From IMG/VR virus record IMGVR_UViG_3300023084_000004: 64,000 nt of DNA. One strand, written 5' to 3'. The stretch comes from a virus. Positions within the stretch are counted from its first letter, which is position 1, and each line of letters opens with the position of its first letter. The notes under the pieces were generated by a model that ran no database searches, had not been told where the DNA came from, and saw nothing but the letters and a program-made list of their open reading frames with translations. Shown piece after piece: positions 37,813 through 46,418 of this stretch. Both the position numbers and the translations under genes were made by a program.

Positions 37813-38583
37813 ATGTCGAAACAACGTCGTATTTCTCAGAAGGAGAGACGAAGATTAGAACGTGAAGTGAGATCTGGAACATTAAATTCCAAGTTTAGTA
37901 TGAGGCCTATCAAACCAATTACAATCACACAAGAAGATATGTTTGATTCATATCGTGCAGGATATAATATTGCTGCAATTGGTACAGCTGGAACAGGTAA
38001 AACTATGTGCGCTATGTACTTAGGATTAAAGGATGTTCTTGAATCAGAAAAATACGAACAACTTATTATCGTTCGTTCTGCTGTACAAACAAGAGAACAA
38101 GGGTTCATGCCAGGAACTCAAGCTCAAAAAGAAGCAGTATATTCTACACCATACGCAGACATTACATGTGATTTATTTGGTAGAGGAGATGCTTGGGAAA
38201 TCCTAAAGCAAAAAAGGCAGGTTAAATTTATGACGTCTTCCTTTGTGAGAGGATTAACATTTGACAACTCTATTATTGTAGTTGATGAATGTCAATCTAT
38301 GACGTATCATGAACTTGATAGTATCATAACAAGAGTAGGAGAATCATCAAAGATTATATTCTGTGGAGATACTAAACAAGATGACTTAGCTGGTTCGAGA
38401 AATCGAAACGATGTTTCCGGCCTAGGTGGTTTTATAGATGTTATTAATAGAATGCATAAGTCTTTTAGGACTATAACATTTACAACAGATGACATTGTAA
38501 GATCAGGTCTAGTTAAAGAATATATAATAGCAAAGGAGACAATTAACACAAAAGGTTATGTTCCACAATTTGCTGTAGCATAA
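37813..38583 (+). CDS. phoH: PhoH-family ATPase
   Basis: GTAGTGKT, RSAV..REQGFMPG, RGLTFDN..IVVDECQ, TRVGESSKIIFCGD. Confidence 0.93.
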   Translation: MSKQRRISQKERRRLEREVRSGTLNSKFSMRPIKPITITQEDMFDSYRAGYNIAAIGTAGTGKTMCAMYLGLKDVLESEKYEQLIIVRSAVQTREQGFMPGTQAQKEAVYSTPYADITCDLFGRGDAWEILKQKRQVKFMTSSFVRGLTFDNSIIVVDECQSMTYHELDSIITRVGESSKIIFCGDTKQDDLAGSRNRNDVSGLGGFIDVINRMHKSFRTITFTTDDIVRSGLVKEYIIAKETINTKGYVPQFAVA

Positions 38584-38596
38584 CATAGGGGGAGAG

Positions 38597-38625
38597 TGGC
38601 GGAGTCCATCTCCGCCATTTCTTTT
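38597..38625 (+). terminator. Intrinsic terminator after phoH
   Basis: TGGCGGAG-TCCAT-CTCCGCCA followed by TTTCTTTT. Confidence 0.8.
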
Positions 38626-38639
38626 ATAGAGATAATATT

Positions 38640-38891
38640 ATGACACAAGAAATTCAAGATTACAAACTCAATTGGTTAAGGAAATCCTCTTATAGAGTAA
38701 AACTTCCTAAAGACCAAAATTCACAAGAGTGCTTAGCCTGGTGCACAGACACGCTCGAAGAAAAAGTATGGGATTATTCTTTAAATCCAGAAAATGAACA
38801 ATATACATTTTTCTTTAATTCACCATCATTAGCTGAAAGATTTAAATCAACATTCAAAAATGGAGATACACGAACAGTCGATTTAGCTTAA
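38640..38891 (+). CDS. Hypothetical protein
   Basis: 83-aa ORF. Confidence 0.65.
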   Translation: MTQEIQDYKLNWLRKSSYRVKLPKDQNSQECLAWCTDTLEEKVWDYSLNPENEQYTFFFNSPSLAERFKSTFKNGDTRTVDLA

Positions 38892-38913
38892 ACCTTTCCA
38901 AGGAAACTATATT

Positions 38914-39603
38914 ATGTTATTTGAACACTACGATCATCAGATCGAATTACCACCACTTACAAGAAAAACTACAGAAAATGGAAGAAGATATTTTACACCA
39001 ACAGGTGAAGCGTATCCTTCTGTAACCACTGTTTTAGGAATCTTAGGTAAAGCGTCATTAATGGCGTGGCGCAAAAGAGTTGGAGAAGAAGAAGCTAATC
39101 GTATTAGTTCTCAGGCAGCACGACGCGGTACAGCGGTTCATAAACTTTGTGAAAACTATTTAGATAATAAAGAAGATTATAAAGATGGTCAACAACCTGC
39201 AAATATCTTCATGTTTAATACAATTAAACCAGTATTAGACAAAAAGATAAATAATATATGGTTCCAGGAAGCTTTTCTCTATAGTGATGAATTACAAACT
39301 GCGGGCCAGGTAGATTGTATTGCAGAATACGATGGTAAACTGTCAGTGATTGATTTTAAAACATCGAGAAAGTTAAAATCAGTCGAACATATTCAAAATT
39401 ACTTTATGCAGGTTTCTTTTTATGCAAAAGCATTTGAAGAAAGAACAGGACAAGCAATACATCAAGGTGTTGTACTTATCGGTGTTGATGATGCTGAACC
39501 TCAAGAGTTTTTTATTGATCCCGATGATTACATCGAACACTTTAAAGCTGTAAGGGAGACATATAAAACTCTATATGAAAAAGACACGGTACATAATAAT
39601 TGA
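38914..39603 (+). CDS. PD-(D/E)XK (Cas4-like) exonuclease
   Basis: YPSVTTVLG, AGQVDCIA, IDFKTS, YFMQ..FYA. Confidence 0.88.
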   Translation: MLFEHYDHQIELPPLTRKTTENGRRYFTPTGEAYPSVTTVLGILGKASLMAWRKRVGEEEANRISSQAARRGTAVHKLCENYLDNKEDYKDGQQPANIFMFNTIKPVLDKKINNIWFQEAFLYSDELQTAGQVDCIAEYDGKLSVIDFKTSRKLKSVEHIQNYFMQVSFYAKAFEERTGQAIHQGVVLIGVDDAEPQEFFIDPDDYIEHFKAVRETYKTLYEKDTVHNN

Positions 39604-39922
39604 TAAAGATATGGGTGTCTTTTTAGGTACCTATGATGGTGCCTCATTAGGACAACATGACGATAATAGAATCTATGCATGCTTTGCTGCAAACAATCCA
39701 TTTGGATTGACAACAGCATGTTCTTTTAAAAGTGATAGAGCAGCAAATTTTTATATAAGAGATATGTTTCATGAAACAAAAAGAAGCGATCTTATAACAG
39801 TACCAGTTGAATGTGATACAGAATTTCCATCTGTAATTGATATAATCAAAGCAGGACATGCAGATAAAGTGCATGATATGTCAGATACTTTATTTGAAAT
39901 GGGTAACCAAACAGTTCATTAA
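39575..39922 (+). CDS. Hypothetical protein
   Basis: 115-aa ORF. Confidence 0.7.
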   Translation: MKKTRYIIIDKDMGVFLGTYDGASLGQHDDNRIYACFAANNPFGLTTACSFKSDRAANFYIRDMFHETKRSDLITVPVECDTEFPSVIDIIKAGHADKVHDMSDTLFEMGNQTVH

Positions 39923-39966
39923 AAAAACAGTTGACATTTACGAAGAACTGTGATAATATAAGAAAA

Positions 39967-40497
39967 ATGACAGATAAAAAATTAATTAGTGAAGCTCTCA
40001 TGTTTGCGGTAAAAGCACATGGAGATCAAAGAAGAAAATACACAGGTGAACCTTATATCGTTCATCCAGTTGGTGTCGCGAAAATTATAGAAGATTCCGT
40101 AGAACATACAACTGAAATGATAGTAGCAGCTTTACTTCATGATGTAGTAGAAGATACTGCAGTTACTTTCTCAGATATATCAGAAAAGTTCGGTACAAAA
40201 GTAGCTGAACTTGTCCACTATCTCACAAACGTCTCAGAAAAAGAAGATGGTAATCGTGCATTTCGAAAGAAAATGGATGCAGATCATTTTGCTTTGGGAC
40301 CAGCTGAGAGTCAAACTATAAAGGTCGCAGACCTTATTCATAACAGTGAAACGATCATCCCTCATGATCAAAAATTCTTTCACAAAGCATATAAACACGA
40401 AAAACAATACCTTTTAAGTGTATTGACAAAAGCAGACCCAATTTTATTGGATAGAGCACAAACAATCCTTTCAGATGCCTGGGATCCAGCAAATTAG
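39967..40497 (+). CDS. Stand-alone HD-domain (p)ppGpp hydrolase-like protein (SpoT/Mesh1-type)
   Basis: A.KAH..QRR..GEPYI.HP..VA, ALLHDVVEDT, IKVAD.IHN; start moved to ATG 39967. Confidence 0.85.
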   Translation: MTDKKLISEALMFAVKAHGDQRRKYTGEPYIVHPVGVAKIIEDSVEHTTEMIVAALLHDVVEDTAVTFSDISEKFGTKVAELVHYLTNVSEKEDGNRAFRKKMDADHFALGPAESQTIKVADLIHNSETIIPHDQKFFHKAYKHEKQYLLSVLTKADPILLDRAQTILSDAWDPAN

Positions 40498-40525
40498 TCA
40501 AAAAACCTTAAAATAAATTAGTAAT

Positions 40526-40569
40526 AAAATCAATAACTTAGATATGTGTGTTTCTAAGTGGTTGATTTT
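40526..40569. promoter_or_regulatory. Inverted pair of IHF-consensus sites
   Basis: AATCAA-TAAC-TTA at 40528-40540 and AATCAA-CCAC-TTA on the minus strand at 40555-40567 both match WATCAANNNNTTR. Confidence 0.5.
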
Positions 40570-40581
40570 AAAAGGAAAAAT

Positions 40582-40658
40582 AATTGAACTTTTTTCACAA
40601 AAAGGGTTGACATTTGCTTTGAGATGATGTACAATAGCTACATAAATTAGGAAAAGGA
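40582..40658 (+). repeat. 77-bp early-promoter/RBS cassette, copy 1
   Basis: Identical to 43846-43922; TTGACA-17-TACAAT and AGGAAAAGGA. Confidence 0.9.
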
Positions 40659-40665
40659 ATAAATT

Positions 40666-41031
40666 ATGAAAACATTTACAGTAAAGCAGATCAAGTTCAA
40701 CGAAGTAGAATCTGAGTATCCTAACGAGTTTGGTTGGGACGGTGCTGTTGCTCGTTCAGAGAAGTGGAGAGCAAAGATGGACTACATGCACTTTCAGGCA
40801 GATGAAGGTGATGTGTTCAAAGTAGAGGACATTGATCTGTACAACGATACGTTCCTAGTACAAGCAGAAGATTTGGACCATGTGTTCCATCTGACTAATG
40901 TGTGGAACGATATGGATAAAGTTCACATGTATGAGCAAGGTCATTCAACAAGTGTTGGTGACCTGATTGTTGATAACGATAGTGGCGATACATTTATGGT
41001 CGCTAGCTTTGGTTTTGATAAGGTAGCTTAA
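40666..41031 (+). CDS. Hypothetical early protein
   Basis: Directly behind the promoter cassette. Confidence 0.75.
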   Translation: MKTFTVKQIKFNEVESEYPNEFGWDGAVARSEKWRAKMDYMHFQADEGDVFKVEDIDLYNDTFLVQAEDLDHVFHLTNVWNDMDKVHMYEQGHSTSVGDLIVDNDSGDTFMVASFGFDKVA

Positions 41032-41032
41032 T

Positions 41033-41188
41033 ATGAAATTACAAGAATATTTTGATTTTTTAGATGCACTTCGTGAGAGTGGTTCGATTAATATGTTTGG
41101 AGCTCCTAAGGTGCTTCAAGAAGAGTTTGGTTTGAGTAAAGGAGAATCTTTTGAGATTTTCACTGCTTGGACAGAAAAATTTAAATAA
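41033..41188 (+). CDS. Small conserved phage protein (not in ORF track)
   Basis: YFDFLDALRESGSINMFGAPKVL, 51 aa. Confidence 0.7.
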   Translation: MKLQEYFDFLDALRESGSINMFGAPKVLQEEFGLSKGESFEIFTAWTEKFK

Positions 41189-41267
41189 AAGTGAAAAAAA
41201 CTGTTGACATTTGCTTTTAAATGATGTATAATAGTCTAGTAAATTAAATTAATGGAGAAAATTTGTT

Positions 41268-42224
41268 ATGGCACATAATATTGAAATAATCGATGGTCAA
41301 GCTCAAATGGCTTACCGTCTAAGCGCTGGAGTACCTTGGCATGGTCTTGGAGTTCCAGTAGAAGATGATATGACTCCTGCGGAGATGATGAAAGCTGCTG
41401 GTCTTGATTGGACTGTTAAGCTTGTTGATTCTTTTGTAGAGTCTAATGGAGTGAAAGTTCCTACTGGAATGCAATCACTTATTCGTGAAACTGACAACAA
41501 AATTCTCACCAATGTTGGTGGAAATTGGAATCCTTGTCAAAACGCTGAAGCTTTCGATTTCTTTTCGGATTTCGTAAAAGCAGGTGATATGGTAATGGAT
41601 ACTGCTGGTTCACTTAAAGATGGTCAAATCGTTTTTGCTGCTGCTGATGTGAAAGATGGTTTCACACTTTTTGGTGGCGACGAAGTGAAAGGTTACCTTC
41701 TTTTTTCTAATCCTCACAAATACGGACACTCTATCGATGTCAAATTCGTAATGACTCGAGTTGTTTGTAATAATACTCTCTCAATGGCATTGACTGAGCG
41801 TGGTCAACCTGCTATTAGAGTATCACACAGGAATCAATTTGACGCTGAAAAGGTTAAAGAACTTCTTGGTATTTCACACACAAGGATTGAACAGTTTAAA
41901 GGTGCTGCTGAGTTCCTTGGTTCTAAGCAATATAAAGATCAAACTTTCCAAGATTTTCTTGGTCAAGTATTTGGTACTTCATCTCAAGAAGGTAAAACTC
42001 TTAGTAGGACTGCTGAAAGAGCACTTGAAATTGTTGAAACACAACCTGGTGCAAACTTCAAACCTGGTTCTTGGTGGAATGCTTACAATGCAGTTACTTA
42101 CATGACTGACCATGAGCTTGGTAGAACTGCTGATGCTCGAGCTACTTCAGCTTGGTATGGTGTTAACGCAAAAAGAAAGCTTAAAGCTCTCGACCTTGCG
42201 GTAGAAATGGCGGAGGCTGCGTAA
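41268..42224 (+). CDS. DUF932 (phage/plasmid TIGR03299-like) protein
   Basis: PWHGLG, AGLDW.V, QNAEAF.F, TAGSL..G, RVVCNNTL, W.AYNAVT...DH. Confidence 0.85.
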   Translation: MAHNIEIIDGQAQMAYRLSAGVPWHGLGVPVEDDMTPAEMMKAAGLDWTVKLVDSFVESNGVKVPTGMQSLIRETDNKILTNVGGNWNPCQNAEAFDFFSDFVKAGDMVMDTAGSLKDGQIVFAAADVKDGFTLFGGDEVKGYLLFSNPHKYGHSIDVKFVMTRVVCNNTLSMALTERGQPAIRVSHRNQFDAEKVKELLGISHTRIEQFKGAAEFLGSKQYKDQTFQDFLGQVFGTSSQEGKTLSRTAERALEIVETQPGANFKPGSWWNAYNAVTYMTDHELGRTADARATSAWYGVNAKRKLKALDLAVEMAEAA

Positions 42225-42241
42225 GCAGCTTCCATTTTTTT
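42212..42241 (+). terminator. Intrinsic terminator overlapping the DUF932 stop codon
   Basis: GGAGGCTGC-GTAA-GCAGCTTCC followed by a T-run. Confidence 0.85.
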
Positions 42242-42264
42242 AATTATTAGGAAAAGGAAAAATT

Positions 42265-42594
42265 ATGGTAAAATTAGATAAAAAAGGAAAAATTAGAACT
42301 GACGCTTATGTTGGAACATTTGACACTGGTTGTGCTGGTGATATGTTAGAAGTAGAATCAATCAGAACTTTAGTCAAAGGTTTGAATCAAGAGCTTAAAA
42401 ATTCTGGTGCTGTTTGTAAGTACGGTAGAGATTTAAGGTTCAGAGTAGATGTAAAAGGTAGAAAGCCAATTCATAAACCAAGAAAAACTCCAGCTGGAAA
42501 CTATACTGGTTGGACTTGGGGTGGTGACGTCATTGGTGGTCTTTCAAACGCTGGTGCTGTTGATGTCTACATTCACAGAAGGTACACATGGTAA
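42265..42594 (+). CDS. Hypothetical protein
   Basis: AGGAAAAGGA RBS; 109 aa. Confidence 0.75.
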   Translation: MVKLDKKGKIRTDAYVGTFDTGCAGDMLEVESIRTLVKGLNQELKNSGAVCKYGRDLRFRVDVKGRKPIHKPRKTPAGNYTGWTWGGDVIGGLSNAGAVDVYIHRRYTW

Positions 42595-42904
42595 GTTGGT
42601 TGTTTGGCTGGTGTGATATCAGCTTTTTAAAAGATAAAGGAATTCTATGAAAATTAAAGTAGAAATCGAGCTTGACACAATAAGAGATAAAGAAGAGCTC
42701 GATGAACTGATAAGACTCATCAATAGCATCAGAAATAAAGATGATGATGATGAATATTATGATTAGTTATAAGGATATAACGAAATTGTATAAAAAAAGT
42801 CACACTTTTTGTGAAAAAAGTGAAAAAAACTGTTGACATTTCATTTTAGATGATGTATAATAGTTCTATAAATTGGTAATATAACGCAATACGGAGAAAA
42901 TACT

Positions 42905-43186
42905 ATGAACTTAACTCAAACTGAAATCAAAAAATTTACTGACATTGTAAACAAAATGGATAGTGAAGATTCTCAACTTCTGATTCAAATTTGGAAAAAT
43001 GCTCAAAACATGAAATCTGCCAATAAAGCTGCAGAGTTTAGGAAAGGAAATAACGTTCAATTCAAGAACAAATATGGTGAAAAGATTGTTGGTGTCGTAA
43101 CTAAAGTCAACAGAAAAACTATTGCTGTTTCGACTTCAGAAGGCAATTGGAAAGTATCACCTAATCTTCTTAGTTTAGCGAGTTAA
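42905..43186 (+). CDS. Hypothetical early protein (SH3-like C-terminus)
   Basis: Promoter TTGACA 42833 / TATAAT 42856; G.V.KVNRKT..V....W.VSP.LL. Confidence 0.7.
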   Translation: MNLTQTEIKKFTDIVNKMDSEDSQLLIQIWKNAQNMKSANKAAEFRKGNNVQFKNKYGEKIVGVVTKVNRKTIAVSTSEGNWKVSPNLLSLAS

Positions 43187-43189
43187 GTC

Positions 43190-43483
43190 GTGATCGAAAT
43201 TCTTCAGGAAATTACTGAGTGGGATAGTCCTGTGAAAAACGGGACTTACCACATAAATAGTGCAGGACATCTTGTCCAATTCAATGACACTATATTCAAA
43301 GCTCCTCTAAAAGGATTCAGCAAAGCAAGACGAAAATTTAAAAAAATTGGTGAAAGACCAGACATGTCAATGCCTACTATGAAAACTGTTGTAGGCTCAA
43401 CTGGAAAAATTTACGTTATCAATAATGGTGAATGCAGTTGTCCTGGCTTTCAATTTAGAGGAAAATGTAAACACATTCTATAA
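43190..43483 (+). CDS. SWIM zinc-finger protein
   Basis: CSCPGFQFRGKCKH. Confidence 0.8.
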   Translation: MIEILQEITEWDSPVKNGTYHINSAGHLVQFNDTIFKAPLKGFSKARRKFKKIGERPDMSMPTMKTVVGSTGKIYVINNGECSCPGFQFRGKCKHIL

Positions 43484-43492
43484 GGAGAAACT

Positions 43493-43660
43493 ATGGAAAA
43501 TTTAATAGCTTATTTAATTCTTGGTTTTATGTTACTATTGACATATATTGGATTTCATATGGCTTGTGAAAAAGATGCAGGAAAATACATTCCTTTGCTT
43601 TGGGAAAAAGGCGGAGCTTTAAACAAGACATATCATAAACTATTTGATAAGTGGAGATAA
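43493..43660 (+). CDS. Small membrane protein (not in ORF track)
   Basis: AAGGAG RBS; N-terminal TM helix. Confidence 0.65.
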   Translation: MENLIAYLILGFMLLLTYIGFHMACEKDAGKYIPLLWEKGGALNKTYHKLFDKWR

Positions 43661-43666
43661 CACTTG

Positions 43667-43846
43667 ATGAAATTTGAAATTTTATCCGATCGTAAAGTAC
43701 TAATGAAATGGGGAAAAATTGCATTAGTAATTCTTCCTGTACTTTTTTGGACTGCGTGGTACTACAGTATCAAATACATTTCAAAATTTAATGAGTTTGT
43801 TCAAAACTACGGTGATGAATGGCTTGAAGATTTTATGAGAGACTAA
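43667..43846 (+). CDS. Small membrane protein
   Basis: One TM helix. Confidence 0.55.
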   Translation: MKFEILSDRKVLMKWGKIALVILPVLFWTAWYYSIKYISKFNEFVQNYGDEWLEDFMRD

Positions 43847-43922
43847 ATTGAACTTTTTTCACAAAAAGGGTTGACATTTGCTTTGAGATGATGTACAATA
43901 GCTACATAAATTAGGAAAAGGA
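43846..43922 (+). repeat. 77-bp early-promoter/RBS cassette, copy 2
   Basis: Identical to 40582-40658. Confidence 0.9.
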
Positions 43923-44059
43923 GAAAATATGTATAAAGTGATAATAGGTGATATTGTTTATCTGTATGATAATATCAAAGATGCACGTAAAGCCTTTCAT
44001 ATTGCAGTCAGTAAGAATGGTATCAATAACGTGAAGGCGACCTATCAGAGTAAATAAAA

Positions 44060-45211
44060 ATGCGTATTGATAATGAAATCAAACTTGACTATAAAGATGT
44101 TTTGATTCGTCCAAAAAGATCAACACTTGGAAGCAGAAAAGAAGTAGATCTATATCGTGAGTTTAATTATAGGAATTCTGAGCATTATGAAATGAGTATG
44201 AATGCTTTACGACCTGAAATGCCAGATTATCGTGGTATTCCTATTATGGCTTCGAACATGGATGGAGTTGGTACATTTGAAATGGCAGATGTACTTTCGA
44301 AACATGGATTGTTTACCTGTCTTGTAAAAACTTATTCTAAAGAAGATCTAATTAAATTCTTTAATTCAGGAAAAATTCTTCGTACAGAACACTGTGCATA
44401 TAGCATGGGTATTTCAATTGAAGAGCTTACTAAGTTTATTGAAGTATATCAACATGACCGAGAAGCAATTAAGTATGTATGTGTAGATGTTGCCAATGGA
44501 TATAGTAATCGTTTTAGAGACTATATCGCAACACTAAGAGAAAAAGCACCACATATTGTGATTATTGCTGGTAATGTTGTAACTGGTGAAATGACAGAAG
44601 AACTTATACTGAGTGGAGCAGATATTGTTAAAGTTGGAATTGGACCTGGTAGTGTTTGCACTACTCGTATTCAAACTGGTGTGGGTTATCCTCAACTTTC
44701 AGCGGTCATTGAATGCGCTGATGCTGCACATGGTCTTGGTGGACATATTATTGCTGATGGTGGTTGTGTATCACCTGGTGATGTAGCAAAGGCATTTGCC
44801 GCAGGAGCAGATTTTGTAATGTTGGGTGGAATGCTCGCAGGACATGATGAAGGTGGTGGTAATGTAATTACTGAATCTATTATTTCAAACGTGCAGGCGC
44901 CCGCTACGTCCGCGGGGATTGGTAAACGTATTGAGAAACAATTTGTAGAGTTTTATGGTATGAGTTCTAAATCTGCTAATGATAAACACTTTGGTGGTCT
45001 TAAAGACTACAGATCCTCAGAAGGTCGTACAGTGGTGGTACCATATAAAGGACCAGTACTTAATACAGTACAGGACATTCTAGGTGGTTTACGTAGTGCG
45101 TGTACATATGCTGGTGCAGAAAAGCTTAAAAATTTAAGTAAATGTACAACCTTTGTTCGCTGCACTCAAACGCACAATCAAGTTTATGAAAGTTCAACAA
45201 TAGGAGTATAA
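44060..45211 (+). CDS. guaC: GMP reductase
   Basis: KLDYKDVLIRPKRSTL.SR, MASNMD, DVANGYS, KVGIGPGSVCTTR, FYGMSS..A, YRSSEG. Confidence 0.93.
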   Translation: MRIDNEIKLDYKDVLIRPKRSTLGSRKEVDLYREFNYRNSEHYEMSMNALRPEMPDYRGIPIMASNMDGVGTFEMADVLSKHGLFTCLVKTYSKEDLIKFFNSGKILRTEHCAYSMGISIEELTKFIEVYQHDREAIKYVCVDVANGYSNRFRDYIATLREKAPHIVIIAGNVVTGEMTEELILSGADIVKVGIGPGSVCTTRIQTGVGYPQLSAVIECADAAHGLGGHIIADGGCVSPGDVAKAFAAGADFVMLGGMLAGHDEGGGNVITESIISNVQAPATSAGIGKRIEKQFVEFYGMSSKSANDKHFGGLKDYRSSEGRTVVVPYKGPVLNTVQDILGGLRSACTYAGAEKLKNLSKCTTFVRCTQTHNQVYESSTIGV

Positions 45212-45212
45212 T

Positions 45213-45422
45213 ATGGATAGAGCTACAGTAATGGAGTTGCAATTGTCTAGAGCATTAGGCAGAGAAATTCAATGGGTGATTGATTCAGGTGGAGTTATGC
45301 CAGTTCAAATTCGTAAAAAATATGACGAATTGAAAGCATTTTATGATACTCAAATCGCTAATGAAGAGTATAAACAAACAACTTTGTTTCCTGAATACGA
45401 ACAAACTGAATTGTTTTCGTAA
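45213..45422 (+). CDS. Hypothetical protein
   Basis: AGGAG RBS. Confidence 0.7.
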   Translation: MDRATVMELQLSRALGREIQWVIDSGGVMPVQIRKKYDELKAFYDTQIANEEYKQTTLFPEYEQTELFS

Positions 45423-45522
45423 TTGTAACAAAATATATGACTTTTTTATAACGTATTATAAAAATTTCGTATATATATTATCGTATAACTTTTGTTTTGT
45501 TATACTAACTGGGATGATCTAA

Positions 45523-45693
45523 TTGAAAAGAGAAACAGCACTAAAAATAATGAACCTCTCACCAGGAGTACACCCTATTGAGAAGTTAGTTGATATGCAC
45601 CCAATGCGTCAAGTCGTATATGCTTCAATCTTACAAGTAGTTGTATTAGGATTTATGTTAGGCACGATGGCATTAGTAAATCTTTTTGTTTGA
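45523..45693 (+). CDS. Small membrane peptide (TTG start; 56 aa)
   Basis: HPIEKLVDMHPMRQVVYASILQVVVLGFMLGTMALVNLFV. Confidence 0.55.
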   Translation: MKRETALKIMNLSPGVHPIEKLVDMHPMRQVVYASILQVVVLGFMLGTMALVNLFV

Positions 45694-45715
45694 TTATTCT
45701 ATTATAAGGAACACA

Positions 45716-45970
45716 ATGAATAACAAATTTATGATAGCAATTGCTGCTTGCTTAATTGCAGCACCAGCATATGCTGACTGGAGAATGGAACGATTCGATT
45801 TGAATGGTGACAAACTAATCAGCATAGAAGAACTTAAAGCATCCGAGTGCACCGTTAAAAAAGGTCTTTGGAAGCATGCAGATAAAAACAAAGATGGATT
45901 TTTAAATGTGAAAGAAGCAAGAAATGCTTCTGAGTATATTTTTAGAGCCAACTGTCCTAAAAAGGTATAA
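45716..45970 (+). CDS. Secreted two-EF-hand protein
   Basis: Signal peptide ending PAYA; loops DLNGDKLISIEE and DKNKDGFLNVKE; two Cys; AAGGA RBS before ATG 45716. Confidence 0.75.
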   Translation: MNNKFMIAIAACLIAAPAYADWRMERFDLNGDKLISIEELKASECTVKKGLWKHADKNKDGFLNVKEARNASEYIFRANCPKKV

Positions 45971-46371
45971 TGAACGATATAGAAAGATTAAAAGAGAAAT
46001 TAGAAGTTGTACTTTTATGTGCAATATTTCTTGTTACATTATATGGAGTAAACCCAGTATAATGAATACATTTTTCAAATATTGGATTCTACCTTGGTGT
46101 GGACTAATTCGTAAAAACTAATGGAATATTTAATAATACCTCTGGCTTTGCTTGTAACCTATGGCTTTTTAAAATTTGCACCTATGCACGACATAAAGTA
46201 CGCGCTTTATGCAGAAAAAGTTCGTAAACTCAACAAACACAATCAATAAGGAACACTGTTATGAGAGCAATCATCAAAGGATTGCGATTGAACGGCGAGA
46301 TTTGTGTTGAATGCTTGTTAGTAACCACTTTCTTAGGAATGATGGTCTACAGCGTTAGTACGATAGTCTAG
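45970..46371 (+). CDS. Chain of four micro-ORFs (30, 19, 42, 36 aa), mostly hydrophobic
   Basis: 45970-46062, 46062-46121 and 46121-46249 linked by TAATG overlaps; 46261-46371 with AAGGA RBS. Confidence 0.55.
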
Positions 46372-46396
46372 ACTTCAAAACTGCAATCCAAACAGC

Positions 46397-46418
46397 AAGG
46401 GACTCGAAAGGGTCCCTT
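46397..46418. terminator. Bidirectional terminator between convergent operons
   Basis: AAGGGACT-CGAAAG-GGTCCCTT. Confidence 0.7.

Noticed and set aside
38914-39603. Cas4-like nuclease as evidence of a CRISPR system
   Set aside because: No array or other cas genes in the window; stand-alone PD-(D/E)XK exonucleases are routine in T4-like phages.
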